Below, piece after piece: positions 32,148-42,132 of a stretch of 64,000 nucleotides of DNA (its first letter is position 1; each line of letters begins with the position of its first letter). The position numbers and the translations under genes are program-made. This DNA is from Desulfuromonadaceae bacterium. Its GTDB lineage: Bacteria > Desulfobacterota > Desulfuromonadia > Desulfuromonadales > Desulfuromonadaceae. The notes under the pieces were generated by a model. The model had not been told where the DNA came from. It worked only from the letters and a program-made list of their open reading frames with translations, and did not search any database. The stretch lies in NCBI GenBank assembly GCA_049975505.1, contig JBNGCY010000001.1, forward strand, positions 41,149 to 105,148, written 5' to 3'.

Positions 32148-32301
32148 TTAAGCACATGCGCATTTCTCGTTATCACGCAGATATACTCCGGAGCTTGATA
32201 CGCTTTCAAAATTTTCACATCCCTGATACAATCCGCCGACCTCAGCACAACCACAACAATTACATTTTACATTAAATAACGCCTGAGCAGGAGAATCCGC
32301 C

Positions 32302-33693
32302 ATGCGCTACAAAAGCACCAGAGGTTCAGTTTCAGATATATCATTTTCCGATGCGGTCATGATGGGTTTGGCCACCGATGGCGGTCTGCTGTTACCGGAA
32401 CATATTCCGAGTGTGTCAGCACACGAACTCAGCTGCCTTCACACCATGGGATATCCCGAGTTGGCGTACCACATCATCCAGCGCTTTGTGGGTGAGGATA
32501 TCCCTGCGCATGACCTCGAACAGATCATCAGACGTTCCTACAGTACATTCACCCATCCGGATATCACCCCGGTTCAGCGCCATGGTGCGGTCCACATCCT
32601 TGAGCTGTTTCACGGCCCCACCCTCGCATTCAAGGATGTGGCACTGCAGTTTCTCGGCAACCTGTTTGAATATCTGCTCCAGAAACGTGCTGCGCACATG
32701 AACATCATCGGTGCGACTTCCGGCGATACCGGGAGCGCGGCGATCTATGGAGTAAAAGGTAAGGAAAACATCAACATCTTTATTCTCCATCCGCATGGAC
32801 GCGTTTCCCCGATTCAGGAACTGCAGATGACCACGGTTACGGATCCGAATGTGTTCAACCTTGCCATTGATGGCAACTTCGATGACGGCCAACGCATAGT
32901 CAAGGAGATTTTTGCAGATCTGGAATTCAAACAGAAGTATGCCCTGGGCGCGGTCAATTCAATAAATTGGGCGCGGGTGCTGGCGCAGATCGTGTACTAC
33001 TTTTACGCCTGGAGCAGAACGGCGTCAGCCCCTGATGCACAAGTGGATTTTGCCGTACCTACCGGAAATTTCGGGGATATTTTTGCCGGATATATGGCCA
33101 GAGAGATGGGCCTGCCCGTCGGCCAGCTTGTTCTTGCCACTAATGAAAACAACATCCTCTCCCGCTTTGTCTCAGAGGGCGACTATTCCATCGATACTGT
33201 AGTGGAGACCCTCTCGCCGTCCATGGATATCCAGGTGGCAAGTAATTTCGAACGCTATCTCTATTATCTGCTCGATGGCAGGAGCAATACGCTGGTAGAG
33301 AAAATGGATGAATTCAAGGCCAGACAATCCATTAGTTTCACTGAAGCGCAACGGCAGCGGGTCCAGGCTGATTTCAGCACCCGCACGGTGGATACTGACG
33401 CCACATTGGAAACTATCCGCAATTTCTATCACGAGACCGGCTACATACTGGATCCCCATACTGCTGTGGGAGTATGTGCCGGAGAACACTTACGCAACGA
33501 AGATATCCCTATGATCTGCCTGGCGACAGCACATCCCGCCAAATTTCCCGCAGCGGTACAGCGCGCCATTAAAATCGAGCCTCCTCGGCCGGAATCGCTG
33601 CGGGATATTGAACAACGCGACAAACGCTGCGAGCACATCAGTGCGGATACCCAGGCGATAAAGGACTACATTGCGGCTCACGCCCTGAGTTGA
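32302..33693 (+). CDS. thrC: threonine synthase (long form)
   Basis: 463 aa. MRYKSTRG start and PTLAFKDVALQ PLP-Lys motif. Confidence 0.93.
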   Translation: MRYKSTRGSVSDISFSDAVMMGLATDGGLLLPEHIPSVSAHELSCLHTMGYPELAYHIIQRFVGEDIPAHDLEQIIRRSYSTFTHPDITPVQRHGAVHILELFHGPTLAFKDVALQFLGNLFEYLLQKRAAHMNIIGATSGDTGSAAIYGVKGKENINIFILHPHGRVSPIQELQMTTVTDPNVFNLAIDGNFDDGQRIVKEIFADLEFKQKYALGAVNSINWARVLAQIVYYFYAWSRTASAPDAQVDFAVPTGNFGDIFAGYMAREMGLPVGQLVLATNENNILSRFVSEGDYSIDTVVETLSPSMDIQVASNFERYLYYLLDGRSNTLVEKMDEFKARQSISFTEAQRQRVQADFSTRTVDTDATLETIRNFYHETGYILDPHTAVGVCAGEHLRNEDIPMICLATAHPAKFPAAVQRAIKIEPPRPESLRDIEQRDKRCEHISADTQAIKDYIAAHALS

Positions 33694-33760
33694 TGCGCGG
33701 CAGTTTATATAATGTACTCTGCGCCACGAAACTGAATATCTGGAGAAATATTAAATCGTT

Positions 33761-34507
33761 ATGTTTACTCAAACCGGAGACATCACCCACTGGATCGCCT
33801 TCAGCGCCGGACTGCTGTCATTTTTTTCCCCCTGCGTTCTACCCCTGATTCCCTCCTTTATGGCGTATATTACCGGGGTTTCTTTTGCCGACCTGAAACA
33901 GGAACACCAGAGTTCGCAGGTACGCTGGCGCGTGCTGAGCCACTCCTTCGCCTTTGTGTGTGGTTTTTCAACGGTGTTTATTCTGTTAGGGGCGGCCGCC
34001 GGGCTCCTGTCGGGTTCAGTACAGTCCAGCCTGGATGAAGGTCTGCTGAGGCTCCAGCGCATCGGCGGGATTCTGGTATTCGCTTTCGGACTGCATATGA
34101 CCGGAATTCTGCGCATCGGAATGCTGATGCAGGACAAACGCATCAATATCAAAAATAAACCCAGCGGTTATGTAGGCAGCTTTCTGGTCGGGCTCGCATT
34201 TGCCGCCGGCTGGACTCCGTGTATCGGCCCCATCCTCGGCGCCATTCTCGCCCTGGCTGCGGGCACTTCGAGCGATACGGCCCGCGGCATTGCCCTGCTG
34301 ACCACCTATTCAGCCGGCCTGGGTATCCCGTTTATGCTCGCCGGACTGCTGTTTCATAGATTTCTCGAATTCTTCAACCGTTTTAAAACCCACATCCGCC
34401 TGATGGAGATCATTACCGGTGTTCTGATGATCGTGGTCGGGATTCTGTTGTTCTCCAGTAAGTTCAGCGCCATATCCAACTGGCTCTACAGGATTATCCC
34501 CATGTAG
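33761..34507 (+). CDS. ccdA: cytochrome c biogenesis protein CcdA / DsbD-family thiol:disulfide transmembrane protein
   Basis: 248 aa with about 6 TM helices. FFSPCVLPLIP and WTPCIGPILG conserved Cys motifs. Confidence 0.8.
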   Translation: MFTQTGDITHWIAFSAGLLSFFSPCVLPLIPSFMAYITGVSFADLKQEHQSSQVRWRVLSHSFAFVCGFSTVFILLGAAAGLLSGSVQSSLDEGLLRLQRIGGILVFAFGLHMTGILRIGMLMQDKRINIKNKPSGYVGSFLVGLAFAAGWTPCIGPILGAILALAAGTSSDTARGIALLTTYSAGLGIPFMLAGLLFHRFLEFFNRFKTHIRLMEIITGVLMIVVGILLFSSKFSAISNWLYRIIPM

Positions 34508-36229
34508 GCCGGTTCTACTTCCAGCGGGGCGCACGTCCTTCACCTTCAACTGCAAAGAGGTGTGCCCCTGCCAGGTATTGGTGCCTACCTGAAACAGAAT
34601 ATCCACACGCCCCTGCAACATATCCAGTTTCGAGGCAAGACCGAATGCAATGCACGGCAGACTGTGGCCGCCCTGCTGCACCCTGAAGCGCAGATGTCTA
34701 CCCCCCACCACCTGCGCCTGTTGCACCTTGAGGTCACGACACAAAAATACCGGCTCCGGATTTCCCATCCCGTAAGGCTCAAGTGCCTGCAATTCAGCAT
34801 GCAATTGCGCATCAATCTCCTCCAGCGTGAGCTCTTCATCGTAGGCCAGATGCGGCAGCAGATCCTCCGGAGCAAGGTTTTCGCGTGCATATTCTTCCAG
34901 TGCTGCGGCAAATGATTCTATTTTATCCACCTCAATACTCAGGCCGGCAGCAAATTCATGTCCGCCATAGCCCAGCATCCACTTGCTGCAGTGTTTCAAT
35001 GCCTGATAGAGATGGCATCCGTGGATGGAACGTCCGGACCCCTTGCCGACACCACCCTCCTCGTCCAGAGCGATCAGGATTACCGGACGGTGGAACATCT
35101 CCACCAGACGACTTGCGACAATACCAATTACGCCCGAGTGCCAGCCCGGATCAGCCAGTACAATGGTATACATGGAATCCTGCAGTTCCGCTTCAATCCG
35201 CATTCTGGCATGCTGCAGGGTTTGTTCCTCAATCTCCTGACGTTCGCGGTTGCACTGATCCAATTCGGTGGCGATATTCTGCGCTATGCGCATATCCTTA
35301 CTCAGAAGGAGTTCTACTCCCCTGCCTGCGTGTGCAAGACGCCCCGCAGCATTCAGGCGCGGTGCAAGGCGGAATCCTACCACACCGGCATTGACCTTTT
35401 CAACTCCGGCAACTTCTCGCAGCTTGCAGATGCCAGGACGATACTCCCCCTCCAGGAGGGGAAGTCCGGCCCTGACCATAATCCGGTTGACCCCGGTCAG
35501 AGGCACCAGATCCGCAACGGTGCCCAGGGTTACAAGGTCGAGCAGCATCCGGATATCCAATCCCTCAGGCGCCTTATGTTCCTGTCTTAAGGCACGGTAC
35601 AGGGCAACTACAAGCATGAATGCCACTCCAGCTCCGCACAGGGGCGTATAGGGGTATCCGGAAGTATCCAGCCACGGATTTATACACGCAAATACGCAAG
35701 GCAGGGTATCTCCGGGCTGGTGATGATCAGTTACGATCAGATCGATGCCGTTATCCTGCGCGATTTTTGCTTCTGCATGGGAGCTGATGCCACAATCAAC
35801 TGAAATGACAACCTTTACCCCGGCATCAGCGTCAGCGTACAGTGCCTGTCCACTTAAACCGTAGCCCTCATCAAGGCGTGAAGGGATATAATAGGAAACC
35901 CTGGCTCCGGCACATTCAAGAGCGTGGTAAAGCAAGGACGTCGCACTGATACCGTCCACATCGTAATCGCCATGGATGGCAATCGGTTCCCCGGTGTCAA
36001 TAGCGCGCACAATACGTGTTACAGCTTTGTGTATGTCAGGGAGCAGAGCAGGATCAGGAATATCCTTAAGGCGTGCATGAATAAATGCATGCGCATCCTC
36101 TTGGGTTATACCGCGTAAGGCCAGAAGTTGAGCCTGCAGGGGTGTGATTGTGTCTGAATGCTGTGCCGGCTGCAATTGTTCTGGATTCCTGCGCGGTTGC
36201 CAGTGTCTGCAGGTATGCATCTTCATCAT
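34310..36229 (-). CDS. recJ: single-stranded-DNA-specific exonuclease RecJ (with an unusual ~71-aa C-terminal tail antisense to ccdA)
   Basis: DHH motifs (IAIHGDYDVDGISA, DCG, VTDHH) and a DHHA1 domain (GGHEFAAG). The likely start is ATG 36229, 36226 or 36220. The ORF track start at 36310 is a GTG inside a repeat remnant. Confidence 0.88.
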   Translation of the reverse strand: MMKMHTCRHWQPRRNPEQLQPAQHSDTITPLQAQLLALRGITQEDAHAFIHARLKDIPDPALLPDIHKAVTRIVRAIDTGEPIAIHGDYDVDGISATSLLYHALECAGARVSYYIPSRLDEGYGLSGQALYADADAGVKVVISVDCGISSHAEAKIAQDNGIDLIVTDHHQPGDTLPCVFACINPWLDTSGYPYTPLCGAGVAFMLVVALYRALRQEHKAPEGLDIRMLLDLVTLGTVADLVPLTGVNRIMVRAGLPLLEGEYRPGICKLREVAGVEKVNAGVVGFRLAPRLNAAGRLAHAGRGVELLLSKDMRIAQNIATELDQCNRERQEIEEQTLQHARMRIEAELQDSMYTIVLADPGWHSGVIGIVASRLVEMFHRPVILIALDEEGGVGKGSGRSIHGCHLYQALKHCSKWMLGYGGHEFAAGLSIEVDKIESFAAALEEYARENLAPEDLLPHLAYDEELTLEEIDAQLHAELQALEPYGMGNPEPVFLCRDLKVQQAQVVGGRHLRFRVQQGGHSLPCIAFGLASKLDMLQGRVDILFQVGTNTWQGHTSLQLKVKDVRPAGSRTGLHGDNPVEPVGYGAELTGEQQNPDHDHQNTGNDLHQADVGFKTVEEFEKSMKQQSGEHKRDTQAG

Positions 36230-36290
36230 GGATGATCCAACTTCTATGCTCAAATCATCTCCATATTTACGATTATCCTGGATGTAATTG

Positions 36291-36343
36291 TCCTCAGGAA
36301 TGGGTGCCACAAGCCCCTATGGGCGATAGTGGTGAATAGTGAC
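36291..36343 (-). mobile_element. truncated remnant of the MITE-like repeat (one arm plus one terminus only)
   Basis: GGAATGGGTGCCACAAGCCCCTATGGGCGATAGTGGTGAATAGTGAC matches the arm plus terminus of the full copies. The other half is absent. Confidence 0.55.
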
Positions 36344-36346
36344 GAA

Positions 36347-36376
36347 TAAAAAAGGGCCGCAAACGATTCACGGCCC
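36347..36376 (-). terminator. Rho-independent terminator after secF
   Basis: On the minus strand, GGGCCGTGAATCGTTTGCGGCCC hairpin followed by TTTTTT, about 40 nt downstream of the secF stop. Confidence 0.7.
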
Positions 36377-36417
36377 GGAATAAAAAACAGTATGGTTGCA
36401 GAAACTCCTACATAATT

Positions 36418-37323
36418 TTATGCCTGCTTCTTCACAACCCTGTCCCATGCCAGGAGAATGGGACTGGCTATAAAAATGGATGAGTATGTTCCCACGATAA
36501 CGCCGACCAGAAGAGCAAAGGCAAAATCGTGGATCACCCCGCCGCCAAAGATAAACAAGGATAACACTACCAGTAACGTTGTTAAAGAGGTCATGAGCGT
36601 ACGCGACAGGGTTTCGTTTATACTCCGGTTGATAATAGTCGGAAAACCTTTGTCATTATAACGTCCACGGTTCTCACGGATTCGGTCATACACAATAATG
36701 GTGTCATTGAGCGAGTATCCGATAATCGCCAGAAATGCAGCAATAATAGGCAGGCCGATCTCTTTATCGAAAAGAGAAAACGCTCCAAAGGTAAGAACCA
36801 CATCATGTATCAGGGCGACAATCGCGCCCACTGCGAATCGCAGCTCAAAACGCCAGCTGATGTATATCAGGATACCTATCATGGCGTACACAATGGCAAG
36901 GAGTCCCTGCTTGCGCAGATCCTTGCCCACTTGGGGACCAACCATCTCCATGCGGCGTAATTCCACTCCATCAGCGCCAAACTCCGCTTCAAGCTTCTGC
37001 ATCAGCATGGTACGCATTCCCTGAAGGCCGTCGTCGCTCTCTTCGGCACGGATCAGGAATTCATTGTCCTCATCTCCGAAGCGTTGGACCTGCGCCGAGC
37101 CAAGAACATCAGGTACCAGCAGGTCTTTGAGATGCGCTGCATTCGTGGGTTTTTCGAAGCGCAGCTGCACCACGGTTCCCCCGGCGAAATCCACTCCGTA
37201 GTTGGGGCCGCCGCGCACTATCAGAGCAGCAAGACCAACCAGAATCAGAACAACCGATACTACTGCCGCATACCGACGTTTACCTATAAAGTCAATATTT
37301 ACATCGGGCTTTACCAACTCCAT
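36418..37323 (-). CDS. secF: protein translocase subunit SecF
   Basis: 301 aa. NIDFIGKRR N-terminus and 6-TM SecD/SecF family sequence. Confidence 0.95.
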   Translation of the reverse strand: MELVKPDVNIDFIGKRRYAAVVSVVLILVGLAALIVRGGPNYGVDFAGGTVVQLRFEKPTNAAHLKDLLVPDVLGSAQVQRFGDEDNEFLIRAEESDDGLQGMRTMLMQKLEAEFGADGVELRRMEMVGPQVGKDLRKQGLLAIVYAMIGILIYISWRFELRFAVGAIVALIHDVVLTFGAFSLFDKEIGLPIIAAFLAIIGYSLNDTIIVYDRIRENRGRYNDKGFPTIINRSINETLSRTLMTSLTTLLVVLSLFIFGGGVIHDFAFALLVGVIVGTYSSIFIASPILLAWDRVVKKQA

Positions 37324-37334
37324 CAGTTGCTCCT

Positions 37335-38933
37335 TTATATGCTGATCTTTTTAATATTGCGGACATTGAGAAAGTAATCGAATATCAGGCGCGATACAAA
37401 TATGGCGGTGAACATCGAAGCGAGAATCCCCACAGAAAGTGTTACCGCAAAGCCCTTGACCGGACCGGTGCCGAACTGGAACAGAACCACAGCGGCGATT
37501 AAGGTGGTGATATTGGCATCCACAATAGTGACAAATGCCTTGGCATAGCCTGAGTCGATTGCGATGCGTGCCGACTTACCCTGGCGCAGTTCCTCGCGGA
37601 TACGCTCGAAAATCAGCACATTGGCATCAATTGCCATCCCCACGGTGAGGACAATCCCCGCAATGCCGGGCAGGGTCAGGGTTGCTTTGAACATCCCCAG
37701 CAGTGCCATGATAAAGATAATATTGAGAATCAGGGCAATGTTGGCGACCACACCTGCTCCGCGGTAGTAAATCAGAATCATGAGAACAACCAGCACTCCG
37801 CCGATAAGCACGGAGTTGATCCCCTGTTCAATGGAGTCATGCCCTAAAGATGGTCCCACAGTGCGGTTTTCCAGAATGTTTACCGGAGCCGGCAGGGAGC
37901 CGGCACGCAGAACAATGGCCAGATCCGTGGCTTCCTGCTCGGTAAATGCACCACTGATCTGGGCACTGCCCCCGGAGATACGCTCACGGATGGTTGGCGC
38001 GGAATATACCGTGTCATCGAGAACTATGGCCATCCGGCGCCCCACATTGGCGGCGGTTATCTGATCGAAACGTTTTGCCCCGGCTGCGTTGAAATCGATG
38101 GCAACATAGGGTTCATTGAAGCGTGTATCAATACGCACCTGGGCATCCGAGAGGAGATCGCCGGTGAGCGAGGCGCGGTCGGATACCACAATAGGACGTT
38201 CACTGACCTGACCGGTACGCGGATCCACATCGCGCTCATACAGCAGTGTGGTACCAGGTTCAAGATCTCCGGCTTCAGCGGCTTCAATGTCCGCGTCATC
38301 CACAACCATTTTGAACTGCAGCTGCGCTGTCTTCCCCAGCAGATTGATGGCACGCTGCGGGTCTTTCACCCCGGGAAGCTGAATCAGAATGCGGTTATCC
38401 GACTGACGCTGAATCAGAGGCTCACTTACGCCGAACTGATCGACACGGTTGCGCATGGTTTCAAGAGCCTGACGTACCGCGAAATCCTTTATCTGGGCGA
38501 TCTCTTTATCGCTGAAACGGTAGTTTTTCTCCACATAACCGGATTCAGATTCAATGGTCATGGGTTCAAGGGACGGGAAATTTTCGCGCATCACCGCATC
38601 CACCTCTTCGCCTGCCTCCGCATCATATACGGTTACTCTGAGACGCTCACCATCAAAGCGATCCACACTTTTAAAAATGATATCTTCATCATTGAGAAGC
38701 ACCTCGGTTTCCTCGATGATACTGTCAAGGCGGCTCTCGACCGCCTTGTCAACCTCAACACCCAGAACCAGATGCATACCTCCCTGAAGGTCCAGCCCCA
38801 GATGGATAGGATCGAAGGCTTTCTGCCACCATGTCGGCAGGCGATCCTTCATCACCGTTGGCGCCAGTGACGCGAGGGCCAGCAATATACACGCCAGAAC
38901 CAGCAGCCCACGCAGTTTAATGCTCTTCGTCAT
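37335..38933 (-). CDS. secD: protein translocase subunit SecD
   Basis: 532 aa. LGLDLQGGMHLVL motif, periplasmic domain and C-terminal 6-TM bundle. Confidence 0.95.
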   Translation of the reverse strand: MTKSIKLRGLLVLACILLALASLAPTVMKDRLPTWWQKAFDPIHLGLDLQGGMHLVLGVEVDKAVESRLDSIIEETEVLLNDEDIIFKSVDRFDGERLRVTVYDAEAGEEVDAVMRENFPSLEPMTIESESGYVEKNYRFSDKEIAQIKDFAVRQALETMRNRVDQFGVSEPLIQRQSDNRILIQLPGVKDPQRAINLLGKTAQLQFKMVVDDADIEAAEAGDLEPGTTLLYERDVDPRTGQVSERPIVVSDRASLTGDLLSDAQVRIDTRFNEPYVAIDFNAAGAKRFDQITAANVGRRMAIVLDDTVYSAPTIRERISGGSAQISGAFTEQEATDLAIVLRAGSLPAPVNILENRTVGPSLGHDSIEQGINSVLIGGVLVVLMILIYYRGAGVVANIALILNIIFIMALLGMFKATLTLPGIAGIVLTVGMAIDANVLIFERIREELRQGKSARIAIDSGYAKAFVTIVDANITTLIAAVVLFQFGTGPVKGFAVTLSVGILASMFTAIFVSRLIFDYFLNVRNIKKISI

Positions 38934-39024
38934 ATCTCAACTCCACTCCCTTCAAGAAGGTGCCTGGCACAGCCTGGACTCCTGCCCTGACCGCACTTTA
39001 GGCATGCATAGAACATAAATAAAT

Positions 39025-39181
39025 GTAACTATTCACCACCACTACCGGTGAGGGCTTGTGGTACCCATGGAAAGGGCGTCTGTCGCCACGGACGGCGACA
39101 GTCGAACGGCCATGGACGGCCCCAATCCCAAACAGTCGTGTCCCTTGGAATGGGTGCCACAAGACCGTACTGAACAGTTAC
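39025..39181 (+). mobile_element. MITE-like repeat, copy 4 (157-bp long form; canonical strand is plus)
   Basis: Full TIRs and core. Perfect 8-bp direct repeat AAATAAAT at 39017-39024 and 39182-39189. Carries a 20-nt segment (39120-39139) in place of the 8-nt CGCAAAGT found in the short form. Confidence 0.88.
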
Positions 39182-39207
39182 AAATAAATAAACAAAAAAA
39201 TAAGTAA

Positions 39208-39522
39208 CTACTCAGCCTGTTGCGCGGTGGCAGAGATGGAACTGCGATTGAACTTCATCTTCACCCCTTTATCCACTTCAAGGGTGATGACATCGTCCTG
39301 AACGGTAACAATTTTGCCGTGGATGCCGCCGGCGGTAATCACGTTATCCCCGGCTTTGAGGGATTCAATCAGCTGACGGTGCTGTTTAGCACGTTTCTGC
39401 TGGGGACGGATAAGAAGAAAATAGAAAATGGCGAACATAAGGACCAGCATGATGATCCCTTCATATCCCTGCTGTCCGCCCTGTGCTCCAGTCCCTGACA
39501 TTGCATAAGCGTTTGAAACCAT
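39208..39522 (-). CDS. yajC: preprotein translocase subunit YajC
   Basis: 104 aa. FYFLLIRPQQKRAK motif. Confidence 0.9.
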   Translation of the reverse strand: MVSNAYAMSGTGAQGGQQGYEGIIMLVLMFAIFYFLLIRPQQKRAKQHRQLIESLKAGDNVITAGGIHGKIVTVQDDVITLEVDKGVKMKFNRSSISATAQQAE

Positions 39523-39640
39523 AATAATTATTCCTCCGAGTTAAGTTGGTTGCATAAAAATTTTAAGCCTCGTTTATAACCTGTTATGGCGCAACTTTCA
39601 AGTACAAGACCGCCATAGTCTGAAATCAGTATTTAAACAT

Positions 39641-40786
<1,146 letters not shown>

Positions 40787-41824
40787 CTACTGGATAAACA
40801 TGCAATCGCCATAACTGAAAAACCGGTAACGCTGCGCTACCGCATGGGCATACGCACGCAGAATGTAATCGGTCCCCGCAAAGGCGCTTACGAGCATAAG
40901 CAGGGTCGATTTAGGCAGGTGAAAATTGGTCACCAGGGCATCAATAACCCTGAAGCGATACCCGGGGTAGATAAACATATCCGTCATCCCTGATCCTGCA
41001 GCAATCAATCCTGATTCATTACCGACATATTCCAGGGTGCGGGTTACTGTGGTGCCCAGAGCCACAACCCGTCTGCCCTCTTTCTTTGCGGCATTAACCG
41101 CTGCAGCGGTTTGGGGCTGGATGCTGTAGGCCTCGGCATGCATACGATGCCGGCTAATGTTATCCACCCTTACCGGCAGAAACGTGCCCAGACCTACATG
41201 CAAAGTCAGCGGTATGACTGTAACCCCTTTATCTTCCAGACGTGCGAGAATCTGTGGGGTGAAATGCAACCCGGCGGTGGGAGCCGCCACCGCTCCGGGT
41301 ACGCTGGAAAAAGTGGTCTGATAGCGTTCCAGGTCGTCGGAGCGGGGCTCGCGTTCAATGTATGGAGGCAGCGGAATACTGCCCTTCTCATTCAGCCACT
41401 CCAGAAAATCGGAACCATTGTAGTCAAAACGGATATTTCTGTAACCATCCTCCCCTGAATCCAGGACTTCAGCGTTCAACTCCCCGCTAAGAGTCAGGCG
41501 CGTACCGGGACGTGGTGCTCTGGAACTGCGGGTAAGGCACACCCAGCACTGCCCCGCGAGTTCTTCATTGCGCCGTACCAGGAAAACCTCAACTTTTCCG
41601 CCACTGTCTTTAGTGCCATGCAGACGTGCCGGGATAACCCGGGTATCGTTAACAACCAGAACATCGCCGGAATTAAAATATGTGGCAATATCGCGAAACT
41701 GCGCATCCCGGATGCGTTGGTCAGCCCGTTTCAGCACCAGCAGGCGTGCATCCTCACGTCTGGGTGCGGGCTCTTGTGCGATCAGATCTTTGGGCAGAAT
41801 ATAGTCAAAGTCATTAAGATGCAT
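40787..41824 (-). CDS. queA: S-adenosylmethionine:tRNA ribosyltransferase-isomerase
   Basis: 345 aa. MHLNDFDYILPKDLIAQEP start and a FFSYGDCMFI C-terminus. Confidence 0.95.
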   Translation of the reverse strand: MHLNDFDYILPKDLIAQEPAPRREDARLLVLKRADQRIRDAQFRDIATYFNSGDVLVVNDTRVIPARLHGTKDSGGKVEVFLVRRNEELAGQCWVCLTRSSRAPRPGTRLTLSGELNAEVLDSGEDGYRNIRFDYNGSDFLEWLNEKGSIPLPPYIEREPRSDDLERYQTTFSSVPGAVAAPTAGLHFTPQILARLEDKGVTVIPLTLHVGLGTFLPVRVDNISRHRMHAEAYSIQPQTAAAVNAAKKEGRRVVALGTTVTRTLEYVGNESGLIAAGSGMTDMFIYPGYRFRVIDALVTNFHLPKSTLLMLVSAFAGTDYILRAYAHAVAQRYRFFSYGDCMFIQ

Positions 41825-41833
41825 GTGGATAAA

Positions 41834-42028
41834 TCAGGAAAAATAGTTGGATGCAATATATACAGTTGCGAGACCTGCAAGCATAAGGATAAACCCCATA
41901 CTGCGCATAGTGCGCTCCGGAAGGGGTAGAATCTGAAGCAGCATTTTTTTCACCCCCTGGGGGGAAAGAAACCAGGGTATTCCCTCAATTACCATCACCA
42001 CACCGATTACTGTGAGGAAAAACTCCAT
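41834..42028 (-). CDS. DUF2065-like small membrane protein
   Basis: 64 aa from ATG 42028 (AAGGTGG RBS). Two TM helices, MEFFLTVIGVVMVIEGIPWFLSP. Confidence 0.65.
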   Translation of the reverse strand: MEFFLTVIGVVMVIEGIPWFLSPQGVKKMLLQILPLPERTMRSMGFILMLAGLATVYIASNYFS

Positions 42029-42080
42029 AATCCACCTTATCTGCAAAAAATGTAACTTTGCGTAAGTTCTCAGGGTTCAC

Positions 42081-42116
42081 AAAAAAACCCGCCCTTATGC
42101 GGCGGGTTTTTTTGTT
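42081..42116. terminator. bidirectional-looking Rho-independent terminator downstream of the aminotransferase gene
   Basis: AAAAAAACCCGCC / GGCGGGTTTTTTT stem with a 7-nt loop, 17 nt after the stop at 42133. Confidence 0.75.
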
Positions 42117-42132
42117 TTCTATGCAGTTATAT

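Noticed and set aside
39146-39165. A sigma54 promoter-like TGGCAC in the repeat arm (complement of GTGCCA)
   Set aside because: The -12 element TTGC is absent at the required spacing (TGGCAC-CCATT-CCAA). The resemblance is limited to the -24 hexamer.
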